From Lingula anatina (Eukaryota > Animalia > Brachiopoda), in NCBI GenBank assembly GCA_051362555.1, contig CM120641.1, positions 8,804,001-8,868,000 on the forward strand: DNA of 64,000 bases. The letters are read 5' to 3'. Every line of letters starts with the position of its first letter. The first letter of the stretch is position 1. Below are positions 1-14,001 of this stretch, piece after piece. The notes under the pieces were generated by a model. It did no database searches, was not told where the DNA came from, and saw only the letters and a list, made by a program, of their open reading frames with translations. The translations under genes and the position numbers were made by a program.

Positions 1-124
1 GCTTGTCAAGCACAAGACTGGTGGCTGCACCCCTTATTTTGTGTATGTGGGGGTCTATACGAATGCGCTTGCTCCAGCTGGTGGTACAATATTCGGAGGC
101 GGTATCGCCTCTCTGATCCTCTAG
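1..124 (+). mobile_element. End of a non-autonomous Helitron/Helentron-type element, opposite orientation to the copies at 17925 and 60073
   Basis: Reverse complement of the segment starting at 17925 and 60073; hairpin GAGGCG-gtat-CGCCTC followed by CTAG and a T-run. Confidence 0.75.
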
Positions 125-292
125 TTTTTGACAGAAGTTTTGAAGGATCTATTATTTTTGTTCATTGTAATAAAATGTGATTAAATAAGTTATTATTTGT
201 AAGGTAAGCATAATATTGTAAAAACTGTAAGACGAAATTTGTATTATGGCCATTGTTTTGTAATCCTGATTTTCTTTTTATTTTAATCTCAG

Positions 293-1368
293 GCCATAGC
301 AGAATTGAATAAGACCATTGATATACTGAGAGAGGAAAAGAACAGGTAAATAAATACAGTTATTTGGTATTTTTTATAACAAATTTGTGTGCTCTAACTT
401 ATTTCAATTTGTAGGAGTGTTGTTTACCATCAAATAAATTCCAGAAGGATTTAAGTACCTCTAATTCAGTATTATACATTTTTTCTACTGCAGGTTGATC
501 CAGGAGAGTAACAAGAGATTCTCTGAGATTTCCAGTAAGCTTGAAGAGGAAAAAAGAACAATGAAGAGGCAGCATTCAAATACAATGATGGTAATAGATA
601 AGTGCTTTCTTGTCCATTAACACATTACTTTTTTTTTTAAGTCATTAAATCAAAGTCATCGCAAATTGAATGGAATAGTTGTATTAGCATTGTACTCCCT
701 GAGAACTTTTTTTATAATATATTAACTCTATGAATTTTTCTCAAAATTCTTCCTGGCCTTGGTGTGTTTTAAGTATCAGTGTGCCTGACAACTCAAATAT
801 CTGAATATTATTTTGCCATATTCAGGGTGCTCAACAACAGTTGGATGAGACCAGAAACCATATTAGGAGCCTGGAGAAGAGACTTCAACAGCAAGAAGCA
901 GAATATGAGGACAAGGTGATAATATTTTGAAAAATTGGAATTCTCTAATGTAATTTCATCTTGGAATGGTTTAATTAAAAAAAAAAGATTTGTAAATAAG
1001 TAGGTAATGAATAATACTTGTCCTTTTTCCGGTTAGTTTTGTGGAAATATAGGTCTAGAATTATTTATCACTATTGATTGCCATTTTCTCTTTTTTTACA
1101 CACATAGATCAGTTTTTACCAACATCCTGTGTCCTTATTACAGATAAACGATTTGAGGTATCAACACGAGAACAAAATGAAAGGACTGATGCCAGTGTCA
1201 TTACGCAATGAACTGGAGGACACCATTGCATCACTGAAAGCTCAGGTGACAGCGCTCCAGCAGAGGGCAGAGATATTACAAGATGAGCTCAACACCAGAG
1301 ATAGATATTCCTCAATGGGAGGAGGACCCAGAACTCTATCCCCTGCTAGATCACCTATCAGAACTTAG
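293..1368 (+). CDS. CEP112: Centrosomal protein of 112 kDa (CCDC46), last four coding exons
   Basis: Exons 293-345, 494-590, 826-915, 1144-1368 with AG/GT boundaries and compatible phases; coiled coil ending KGLMPVSLRNELEDTIASLKAQVTALQQRAEILQDEL, matching the CEP112 C-terminus as I recall it (KGLMPASLRQELEDTISSLKSQV..LQ.RA.ILQEEL). Confidence 0.85.
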
Positions 1369-1757
1369 TTGATGAACTTACTTCAATATTTAGTGTCCTA
1401 CAAGATTTCCAAATGCCAGATATGACACATTGAATGTGGGCAATTAAGATGTGTGGAAAAATAATTACGTGTCAGACTTTATTTATTTATTTAGCTATAT
1501 GTGAAAATTTTGTTTTATTTTTTACTTTTATGAACATGACTGTTTTTATTGATTTTATATTTTTGAATTTCTGCTATAGAGTTTAAGCATAAATTATGCA
1601 GTGTCTTCATGAAAAATTTCCACATTTTCTTGCCAGCAGCATTAATTCAGTTTTGTTGATTTTTCATTGCAGTGTTAATAATTGATAAAATTTCTAAACT
1701 CATATTTGTGCCAAAATGTGTGAATTCAGTCCATCTTCTCATTATCATTTAAGGAAA

Positions 1758-1794
<37 letters not shown>
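1758..1794. repeat. (TAT)n microsatellite
   Basis: Read directly. Confidence 0.9.
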
Positions 1795-1796
<2 letters not shown>

Positions 1797-4700
1797 GCAT
1801 GTACACAGTCCTAAATCCTGACTATTTAGCATCAACATTTATTTAACAGCTCCTGATTTCAATTCTATTATTTTATTTGAGATATTGTATTATTTGACAC
1901 TTACTTAGATACTTGAAAGCCCTGAATAATTATTTTTCATGGAAAGAAGAAAGTTCTGGGGCAGTGTAAAAGATTGCTTGACCAATTAGTGCTTCCCAGT
2001 ACCAAATTCAGTATTAAATGCAGGCTCAGGGAAACCGAGGATTTACAGCATCTGCATGTCTTTGTTTTTAGAGATTCATCAGCTAATGTTACAATGTCTT
2101 GAGCACTCTTGTTCTTCTGGAAGCAATTGTATTGCAGTGGATTTTCATTAAGTAGTAGCTGCACACTGCTTGATACCGTTTTGTGGGTTGATGTAATATT
2201 TTACTAATGACAGTGTCACTGGCCCTTCCTGTTACAATGAAATAGCCATCATATAAAAGCTTTTTTTTTTTTCGGGTAAAATAATTTTCACGGAAAGTTA
2301 AAATTGGTCGTTACTTACTCAATAGAAAAAAGTGCTAAATGATCTGGAATGTTTCTTTTTATCTCATTCAAACATGTATAAAACATTATTGTAACATTTG
2401 AACATGCAACTGTCAATATTTATGTAAATTCAACTGTACATAGTAAACACTGATTGAAATGAGAGAAATTTTTGACTGTTATTTGTTGTTTCTCCACCTC
2501 AAGTCTTAGAGGTCCCAGGGAACTGAATCTAAAGATGTTTCTCCCAGCAGAATTAACTTTTATCTGTTTATGTTTGAAATAATTTTTTGTTTCTGATAGT
2601 TTGTGACAACAGTGTATCAACTGTTAGATATTTGTAATTTTTGGGGGGTATTATAGATAAAGCATTCTCAGAATTCAATGTTGCAAACAGTGCTGATACT
2701 AAAAGCAACTTATATCCTACCATTCCAAATTGTCTTATTGTTTGGACTACAGCAGCCTGAATTTGAGATAAATTAGTAGGTGGTATTGACTTTCTTGGAA
2801 TTAAACATTTAACATCTTTCTCTGTCTAGTATGCTGTTCTCACTGTAACAGATTGCCCACACGCCTCATTTATTTCAGCTATGCCAGAAGACCTGCTTAA
2901 TTATCAATCTGATAAAAAAAAACTTCCTCTCTCTGTGCCACTTTTTTTTTTTTTTTGATGGTTATGTATACCTATTATTTTATGTATGAGATTTTTTACT
3001 ACAGCCTTCTTTATTATCTTTTTAAAGATGAGATATAGTTGGTTTAATTCAATTTAAAATATGCAAAAAGCAGGACTGTCTGCAACTATGCTTTTCTTAA
3101 TGGAAGTGACTTTTGTCATGAAAACTTGCTTTGATCTGCTTACACAAAATGGTATTATCCATGTGATGTATTGTTCACCATATTAGCAATAGACACTACC
3201 TTCCTTGAAATGGAGACTTGGGCGATAAAATGACACTTTGATACTTGATTCAGGACACTTTGAACAATTTATAACACAATAACATCAAAGAACAGCATTT
3301 GCAGTATTGTGTCAGTGATGAAAGTCATGCCAACCATTTAATGCATCTATTACTGAAAACTAGATGTTTTCTTATTGTGTTTTTCATTATTAAACAGCAA
3401 GTGAGTTGGCAGAACTAATGTGTTTGAAATAGATCTGAGGATTAGTGTTGACTTGTTCAAATACAAAGCAGCAGTTGATGGCAATTTAATTGATTCATCA
3501 TTTAGCCTGCATCACTCATCTCATTGTCTTTTTAACAATTAGTGGCCAACCAAATGATATGAGTGCTACAGAGTAACAAATGTCCTACTGCTCAAAATTT
3601 TTTTGCCATTTATATTGACACTAGGAGTAAAATTTGTCATATATTTTTACTGATTTATCTTGACAGAGTTGATACAAAGTAATATATTGGGACTTAAAAT
3701 GAATGATGCCTTTTCTCCAAGAAACTTTTACCCTAATGTTTTAGTTTTGTTTGGATTACCTTTAGTTATGTATTTTACTTAGCAAATCGTACTGATCACA
3801 CAAAATATGTCATTTTCACTGTACAAAACAGTTTGTTGTAGATAAAAAAAAAGATTACCTTATTCTGGAAAAATGTTATATCATTTGACTTTTAAATTGT
3901 ATAAGCATGTCCAATTTCATATTCACAGAAATCTAACCCACCCAACATATTGTGGGAGGAAAGAACATTTTTTTCCTTGCAAACATTTTTTAATTTGGAC
4001 CATTTTGCAGGACTTTGTGAACCAAGTCTTTTCTCCTCTTTTGGTAAGGTTCATGGCTCATGGCTGGTTTGTTATGGAAATGGGAGGCGACCTCTGCATA
4101 CGCGAAAATACCCCCTCTCCCAATGCTCATGTGACAGTCCCTGTAGTCAGCCACGTAGTATGGCCGATTTCTGTTGGCAGGACTTCTCAAAGCTCTCCAA
4201 ATTTCTGTAAGTCATTTTAATATAATGTAAAGAGGGTAAAAAGTCTCATTTCATGCTGTGCAGAACTTCCATCAGACCTCAACATTTCCAATCAATTTCA
4301 CTGTTTAACCCAATGGGGGACCAATTAAGAACAAGCCAATGTTAGGGTTGCCATGGCAATGTTCTCTTCAGTTTGTCAACATGCAGGTGGCCATTTCCTT
4401 TAAAAGGTGACAAAATGAGAGAAATGTTACATATTGCACTTAGTCAAGTGTGGTTTCTAGAAGCATGCAGTCAACTTTTCACATAACATCTGTATGCTTC
4501 TGACAGTCTGAAGTTTTTAAGTCAGAAGAGAAAAACAAAAAGAATTCTCTACTCGTTCTCTTTTCAATTTTGAAGTGGTTAGTAGTATACTGGCATCAAC
4601 CCGTCAACATAAATTTTAGATGTGAATTTGTTTCATATTCTCATGTTGTAATTTGTTCACCATTTTTATTATTCATGTGACATAAATCAATCCCTTTGAT

Positions 4701-6967
4701 CATATTTGCTTATGGTTTCAACTTCCCTGTTCAAGCTGGTCATGTGCATAAACATTCCTATTCAAAAGTGAATTTTGGGAAAATGCATACATGTTACATT
4801 TGTTAAGTTTTCATAAACAGATTTCCACTTTCTAAGACGTAATAACCAGGCACTGGTATAATTTTGTGGTGATGTAGTGGTCTGTCCCTACTCACCCATG
4901 GCCTTGAAATGGACATTTGGGTTTAGAAAACTGTCACAACAGGCCATTGGCTTATGCAGACTTTGTATATTTTGTCCAGCTTAGTTGCAGAAAAAAATCT
5001 TTAAAACAATTTTATTACTTAAAAATAATATACAAACTTTTATTACCAATTTTTGCCAAAATACAACTGGTATTATTCTTTATCTGCACCCTTCACTGGG
5101 CAATTGAACACTACAAACTTCACCCTGCCGAGCGGTAGGGAAGTTTACCTCATGGGAATAACCATAAAATAATACAATGTACAATCATGATTTAGGCAGC
5201 AAACTGCCTTTCCATTTACAAGTTGATGAAGCAAATAATAATTTACAAAAATTTGTTGGATCACACAGTATTATACAGGATCCATAATTACATTTTGATT
5301 AAAATCTCACAGGAGAATTGTGAGGAAATCCATGCTAGATGACAATTCATCATAATGATTAAATCTGTACCCAAGAATTTCTGAATTCATAAGTAAACCA
5401 AAAGAACAGCTATAAAAACAAAGAGCATTCTACTCAGAGTGAAATAAAGAAAACACAAAAACCTTAACGATGAATAAAATCAATTCTATCATGCGTAATT
5501 TCTTAGAAGGCACATTTGGTACCGTTCGTTAAGCAGTTTGTTGTAGGGGAACTTTGAAAGATAACTTGGTGTAATAACCTTAAGAAAATTGCCCAAAGTT
5601 CCGAAAAAGTCATTTTTTACGAAATTACGAACCTGATAATGAACAACTGGGCAAATTCTTAAGATGACAGTCACATCACATGACAATAACAGACATGGAA
5701 ACTCCCAATGTCTAAATTGCATCAACAGCCCTTAAATATAGCTAATGGTTTTGAAAAGTTTGCAAAGATTATATTTTCAGCACAATGTCATTCAATAGCA
5801 GTTTATATTATTTGCAGCAGTTTCCCTTTTTCGTCTTGCAGAAGCTTTTGTTGTAGAAGTTTAAATCACAACCTATAGACCCCAAGAAAGCACAGAACTG
5901 GAAGAACTCTGGCATGGATCGTATCAAGAGAACACCAAATTTAACAGCTATAGATTACTCTTTAATTAAGATCTTTAGGCAGTAAAAAAAGAGTAGTTTT
6001 TAAGTTTCAAACTAAAAAATTCAAAGTTTTTAAAAACTCAAAGCTGCAAGATATTACAAGAGCATATTGACTTAAAATCAATGATGAACACACTGGGTCT
6101 TTATTCTGCTGTAGTGAAACATTTCTGTAACATAATCTCCATAATGTAATTGCACTGTTGATGTGAAAATGGCATGACAGACTCCCTTTTTGAGGTGGTT
6201 CTCTTGGGGAAATCTAAATTAAAATAAAAACCAACAAATTCATGTAGTGGTAAAATAAATACTGTTCACTTCCTGGTACTATTTACACTTAGCTAAAAAG
6301 GAAAACCTACTAAAACTGATGAAGTTCATGACGTTTTCACCTAATGATAATGTGTTATACATTCAATAATAATATAATAAGTTCCCTGCCATGGCGCACA
6401 CAGTCTGCCCACACCTGAGGCAGAAGATATTGGCATTAACTAGTTGTGGTGTGTATTTCTGGCAAATCATAAAATAGTTTTCCCCTTCTAATTCTGAAAA
6501 TTTATGATCCATATTTCCTTTCACAATACAACCCAATGTACAGCCTTCACTGGCAAATGTTAAAATCAAATTTCCTTAACAGAATAAACTGCTATAGATC
6601 TCATTCTTAACACACTCTAACACATTGCTTGCACAGAATTGCTAAGCATGCATCAGTACGTCCTTTCAATTCATCCCTTGGGATGTGTCCTTCACTCTGG
6701 AAGATGTTGTTCATCCAGACCATGGAGAGGCAGTTCTGACCCACAGAAACACGCCCGCGTCCACTGAGATTTGGACCCATAGTCTTAAGAAGAGGCATCA
6801 CATTCTGGGTGCCCTGCATGGCTGTCTGGAACTCTCGTATAACTGCTTTGAGGATTTCTATCTGTTTTCTTCGCACAGCTACACCTTCACGCAGCCCTTG
6901 AAACCATCAGGTTTTCCCTTACAGATCTTCTTCAGGTTCACACAGAAACTACTATTCTGAAGTCTCT

Positions 6968-9900
6968 TCACTCTACTTTCTCAACCTTGGCAACAACTTT
7001 TCCTTCATACAATGGCAAGATGGCATTGTCGTTGATCACCTCAACATGAACAACACCAGTTTCAAACTCATCGCTGGCACATTTGAAGAAATATCTGAAA
7101 TCACAAGAAGAAAAACTTTCAGGGGCTTTGTTATTTAAAACAGAGGTGCATCTGATGAAAATCTCAGAAGATGTGTCCACTTTTGCTTAATCCTTACTAC
7201 ACAATTAACTCTGACAACAAACAAAACATAACTACTCACCTGTAATTTCCTTTCTTGGTCAACAGACTCTTAAACTGTGCCAAGGTGACACTCTTCCCTG
7301 GAAGCTGAGTTCTGTATGGAATGGGTTCACTGCAGAAGTAATAGCCCACCACAGTGACCTCCTGGGATGATGTTCCTGATGCTGCTACAACTGGGACTGA
7401 TGTTGCTGGTCCTGGGGCTGGAGCACTGCTGGGTCTGTCAGCACCACTTGCTACCTGCTGCTGCATGCTGGCCAGAGGGTGAGTTGGGGGCACGGAGCTG
7501 GAGGCTGGGTACTTTTGTCTGCCGACTGGCATTCCAGTATTGCAAGTCCTGGAGTTATTGAAACAAAGAGGCAACTCAGATTAGCATCAAAGCAATTATT
7601 ACCAACAATATGGAAACTGGCTCTACTAGGATTTTTTAAAATAATTTTTATGCCCTATACCATTTAGTGGAATATTCATTTTTTTATCAAATATCGATCA
7701 AATATTTTTAAGTACTACATAAAACTTATCAGCTTAATAGAAGAAAATCTTAATCAGCATCCCTCAATGTGATCAATTTTCAGGTTAAAAAATAATGCAA
7801 GATCTCTCTGTATACCTTGATCCTTTAGCTAGCTCCTTGGCTAGCTGTCTCGCATGCGCTTCATTTTCCAAACGCCTTCTAGCCTCCTCTAGCTGAGTGG
7901 TAGCATTGGGAGGGGGAAGCAGAGGCATGGAAGGGTCCTGGGCAAAAGGCTGTGAGGGACGTCCAACGTGCATGGGAGCCAGCTGTGCATTGATGACGCT
8001 GCTAATGCCACTACGGTCAAGAGACCCAGAGCGACTTACATTGTACTGAACTGGTGGTTTACTCTTACTACCAGCACTAAAATAATTGGAAACAATAGCA
8101 TACATTAGAAATGTAGAAAGTAGAAGCATAGGCAAGCAAGCTATCTTAAAAACATTGAGATATATTTCAAATGAGTCACCAATTGCATCTGCATATGATA
8201 TTTTAACAATATCATTAACACAGCAAGCTGGAGTTCTTTAATCACATCATTATATTTATAAAATTCAGAGTTAATAAATGCTACAGCATTGTATTCAAAC
8301 ATCAAGCAATGATGAGCAGTAAAAATTGTACTAATCATCCACACTATAATTTAACAGAACCACACCGGAAACATAAAAAAGTCCACTTTGAAATAAAAAT
8401 TTTGATAATATTCAAATATGACAATAGTCACCTTTGCCTGTGTGGTTGCTGCGCATTGGAGGAGCTTGGCTTGGAGTGGTGAGAACGTTTAGATGAACTC
8501 CTCTCTGTACTTCGCTCAGAGTCTGTGTTCGTAGAGGCACTTTGTCTGATCTTTTCATTTTCTAATATCCAGTTCATGACCCTAAAAGTAGCAATAAAAT
8601 ATCTCAATTATGTAAGAGACAACAAGTTACATTTTTGAACCACTTCATAAGCATTGGCTTAAACCCTAGTAAAATGTCATTGCACTGCTTAACTTCATTC
8701 AACTTCCTACTAAACTATTAATGTGTAGTTAATTGAGACTCTTTTAATAAAACACCAATGCTTTGGGCACATACACATAAATATGGTTTATACTAAAGAT
8801 GGTTTGAAAAGTATGATAACCTTTCCATGAAGTACAATTACACATGGCTTCATGCCACACTTCTTTGGTTTGACACTGGAGTGAACCACTGAAGTGAACC
8901 AACCTTGACACAAAATTTGTCAAGATAAAAGTCACAATATTCAGCCCACATTGGTTCTTCCTAATGTCTGTGCACCTAATGAGTTAACCTCAGTTCAGGT
9001 TAAACATTCACCTTAGCAGGACCCCTATTATTCCCCTAAAGCTTACCCCAGACCCTCTATCAGAATGATCAAAAGGATTTATCAGGATATTACATAACTT
9101 CACTCACAGATGTAATTAAGGTAGGTTTATAGCTTTCCACCTGAATATGGTGCAACTCTGTCATCTGGTACATCTGCATTGAAAATTACAGAGTGACTGC
9201 CTCCCTCCCTTTTATCTTTGTGCCTGATCACTTGCATTTGAATGTTGAAGGTATTCAGTAACTAGGGTAGTTTGCACACAATATCTCTCTCTGCAGGATG
9301 ATGGTCAAACTGAGCCTGATAAACAGGACGAGGGCTGCCCCAAACCATGATCTGGGGAGCAAAACAATACCTGGGGCGACAAGGCAACCAAAAAAATTGT
9401 ACACTGGTGAGAAAGGTGGTCTTATAGTTGCTGAATGCTTTATTTTGTCTTTAACTGCTTTCAACTGAATCTAGCAAGTATAGATCCACAATCACCAGAA
9501 TGGCTGTTCATACCCCTCCTTCCCTCAATTCTAATAGATATAAAATACTTTTCAACTTTTCACTCCGCTTAGCTCACATCTAGGCACCACTTCCCAAATA
9601 GCAACCATTTGACCAAATAGGAATTATTGTATTATGGCGGTAATAAAAACTAACTAGCCATTTTTGGAAATACTGGATGTCTAATTTGACTTCCTACATT
9701 ACGCCTGCTTGCTGGGAGTTTTTGCTTTGAAGTGCTTTGAAAAATTATGAAATACGGCTCATTGCAGGAGATGAAACAAATTACTTGAAAATGTGTGCAC
9801 AATGTGATGAGAGCTACACTGGGAAGAACATCAATTCCCCTTGATGCAACTTGGAATTGAATGAAGCCAGGATCCAAGGTCTGAGCTAAGAAATTAGACA

Positions 9901-12900
9901 TGCATGCAGTGCCACGATTGTCTAACTTTATGGCAGATTAATTGGTTTAACGCATGCAAATTACACTTATTCATTCCCATTTAGTGTTATCTCTAAGCCC
10001 AGTGGCCAGGACCATGGATAAGAATATGAATTTGATTCGCTGGCTGATCAAAGGCTTGCAGATCAAGAGTCAGGAAATCTGTGCAGTTCAGGACAATCCC
10101 CAGCCACCTTAGATACAGTTGTGAAAATTGATTGTCATCAACCATCTATCATGCCGATACTCAGGAGAAGATCCCCACTACTGTAGATAAAGGAGAAGCC
10201 AGTTAACAAAAGGAAATAAAATCTACAGCTATTGAATTAATGCTGGAAACATCTCCTGCTCGAATTCCCCTTTGTGTTCTCTTAACTAAGGGGAATTGCT
10301 GATGCTGATCTATTGATAACAGTTCAAAGACTGCCGCCAGCTCCATAGAGTCCTAGCGATAAAAAAATAATTGCCCTTAAAACCGGTTTGCTGCTATGAG
10401 GACTGACAATGATTTGTTTGGCTTATTCTTGCTACAATTAACTGACAACCACAACCATGCAATCAGAGCAAAGCTACTTGAACAGGAACTTGGCTTTTTG
10501 ACTTCATGGCTGCCTAACTTATTGCCTGCACGCGCAACTTAGCATTTTAATCAGTTGACATGCTGACCTCCTGCAGCTCATGTTTCTTAGAACTTGATAG
10601 TTTTTAACTTTGATGTTGTTTTTTCCTTCTTTTTCATTTTTTTTACTGGTAATAAAAAGTCAGCATTTAAAACTCACTTCAAATGCAACTATGTACGTAC
10701 AAACATGACCTTACATGGATATTTCTTAAATTGCTTCAATTCTCATTTAACACAAGTATTCATGTCTGCTTATCCAACCATAGGTATTTTTTTAAAGTTT
10801 TCGTTCACTGATGACCACGTTTGAAAAACCACAAATATATATTAATCTTGGTTTACAACAAATTGTCCAAAATCAGAAGCATGTCAGCAACATTTACTCC
10901 CACTGGTGTCACTTTGAGCTAAACTGGTATTCCGACACGACCACCCCCAAAATCTACTTTGTGGCCAATTAACACAGGACATCATCTTTCAATTTCTCTT
11001 TAAAATGGACCTTTTTTATCATAATAACCTAAAGAATGGTTGAACTATAATCATTAAAAACATGGCTTAAGTTTGTCATGTTTTTGATCTGACATATAAT
11101 AGAAATAACCCAATAACAAACACTAATTATAAGTGAAACGTAAGCCATTTCATTACAAACACTGAGGCATGAAAAACAACTGAAACCTCTCTCTCCAACA
11201 CATACATTCACTCCCTATTTCTATATTTCAAATAATGCAATGACTTACTTTTCATTGGCTGGATTTGTAAGGTCTGGGACTGGCGGTTGGTCAACACCGC
11301 TGACACCACTATCACATTGGAGGTCTGCGCTGCTGGCATCTATACTTTTCTTGCTTCCTGAGCGTTTGCTGCCACTGTCGCGTGTGCGACCTCTGGATAG
11401 ATCCATTCCTGAGTTATCTCCTACGCTGCGTGCCGTTTGATCCCCATGAAAATGCGCCATACTCCTTTGTTCTGCGTGATGTTCCAAGTGCTGCCTGGGT
11501 TTACCTGAATGCATGTTATGATAGTAATGATGATAATGGTGAACATGACGTGTTTTAGTGTCTTGGTCATAATAAACAGCTTGGTGTTCTTGTGAACTAA
11601 CTCCACTGTCACAAGACACCATAGACATATGATCTCCACGATCCTTTTTCGTCTTCGGCCGGTTCATAGTCCCTGGTAAACTGGTGGCCGCTCCAATACC
11701 AGACGAACGACGATGAGCTCTCTCTGGCGATTTTGAGCGACTTGGGGTCTGTTTTCCAGGTGACCTGCTTGGTGTTTGACCAGTAGAACTGTCCCATATC
11801 CTGGAACAATGCTCATCTAGAATACTTTGAGAATTGTCTAAATCACTCTGTTCCTGCGTAGCTTGGGCCATAAGCATTGTGAAGACTGGATTGCTGGCCA
11901 TTGCTGTCTTTGGTACTAGTTCAATTTCAGATTCTTCTCCCTGTAGTGATGGATTAAGAAAGAAATAATTTTAAAGTAATATCCCATTAGAGACTTAATC
12001 TAACTGCTAACAAAACATTCAATATGTATATACAATGATTCTGTTTCAATGAAATGAAAATGTTTATTCAACAAACATATATGCTGTTCTTTTCACAAAA
12101 ATTATAAAAAAAAATTCCTTCATCCAACTTCAAAATGCATTGTTGAATCCATGAATTTTTTTTTTACAAAATGGTCAATATTTGACTTACCTCACTAATA
12201 AGGGTCATCTTCTTGTTGAACTCTTCCTGCATGTCTCTCTCCCTCTCCACTTTCTTCAATTTTTCAATCAACATTGATGCAAATCGATGTGGATCTGTTT
12301 CTGCTATATTACGTTCCTTGAAATCTTTAATCCTTTCTGTGCGCTACAAAATGAAAACGATTATAAAGTACATGTAAGTTCAAGCAAATCAAACATTCAT
12401 GTAAAATTCCCATATAAACAAACACAAGAATCAACAAGAAATAGGTCACTTTAAATTAAGAAAATTCCTTGTTATTACATGGTCAGTATCCATGAAGAAT
12501 AAGTTCCAAGAACTTGGTATAATAAAAGTGCTTGCAGAAGTACACGTCATCATCCCAGATGAAGCCATCATCGCACAACTGTCAGCTGCAACGAACACTG
12601 TGATGTATACCGATTCCTAGAATCCCAGGAAAGGAAAGAATCATGCATGCACACAACAACATAACTCGCTCAAGCACAAAATTACCAATCATGCACATGA
12701 TCTCTTCTGCTAAACATAAAAGCATCTCTGGAAGCCAGCCATTGCATTATTTTATCAGACTTCGAAGCAAGCTGATCAAATTATGCCACTCAACAATATC
12801 ATTATAGCTAATAGGATCTGCTAGATCAAAGGAAAGGACAATTAGACCATAGCTATTTCGAATGACACTAAAAGACAGCATTATCCTTTCATCTTTCTCC

Positions 12901-13943
12901 GTTCTTTTCTCCAGAGAAATAGACACACACATTCATACTGTAGAGAATAGAACAATTTAGAACATAACAATGCCCTATTCCAGGAAGGTGCAAGCCGTCA
13001 ACTCCAGGGAATAGGAGCAAAGATCGCAAGAGATTGTAGAAAAGAACAAAGAATGGGGAATATTTCCTCAAAAGCACTTGGTTTTTTTTCAAAAGCAAAT
13101 TAGTATCTTCATATACTCTTTACATCCTACTGATGAATATTGAAATTTCATCATGTATTTCAAGGGATTAACTGATTAATATTTTAGTCCATGCATTATT
13201 CCATGTAAAATGACATAATTTACCTTATCAGATATAAGGAATGAAAAGTCTAGGTAATGGTAGGCCTTTAAAAAGTACATATTCAACTACAATTATATCA
13301 TTTTATCATCTTAAAACATTTCTCAAAAGACAGAGGGGTCTGATTTTTTAAAGGTTAATAATCTCAGAAAGGATATCTATCCCTCAGGTGGAAAAGAAAT
13401 GGCATCAAGTAATTTGCTTTCATCTCCTCTTCTCCTACAGGAGGAAAAACAAATGGCAGTTCCCTTTATGCTGCGTACATCAAAGTAAAATATGTGGCCA
13501 TGCAATCAGGAGTTCTAAAGGCATGGGCTGGCATACCTTATTGTAAGATCAAAGAAGTACAGGTACATGTGACAGATGCAGTTAAAGTTAGCATGCAACT
13601 CATTACAGAAATTACTGGAGTGCTCATTAGAGACATCAAAGAGAGATCAACCCGACCAACATCATCTGAGCCTTAATCACAAACTTCGAGTCCAATTTCT
13701 AATGCTACAAACATTTATCACAGGAAAAAGTGTAGGAAAGTTACACCAGTTTATAAATAAACTTCACAAATAAAGGGCATCAACAATAAAAGCTTGAGTG
13801 AAGCACATGGAAACAATGCCAGTTTATAAATAAACTTCACAAAGCAAAGACCTGAAGAATAAAAGCTTCAGTTCATTTCCTTTCTGAAAAGGGATACTAC
13901 TACTTTCATTGGCCTGAAACTAATCAATGCATTTCCTCAAATC

Positions 13944-14001
<58 letters not shown>

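Noticed and set aside
3873-6960. Short ORFs between CEP112 and Axin
   Set aside because: No recognisable motifs or splice structure; likely UTR or intergenic sequence.
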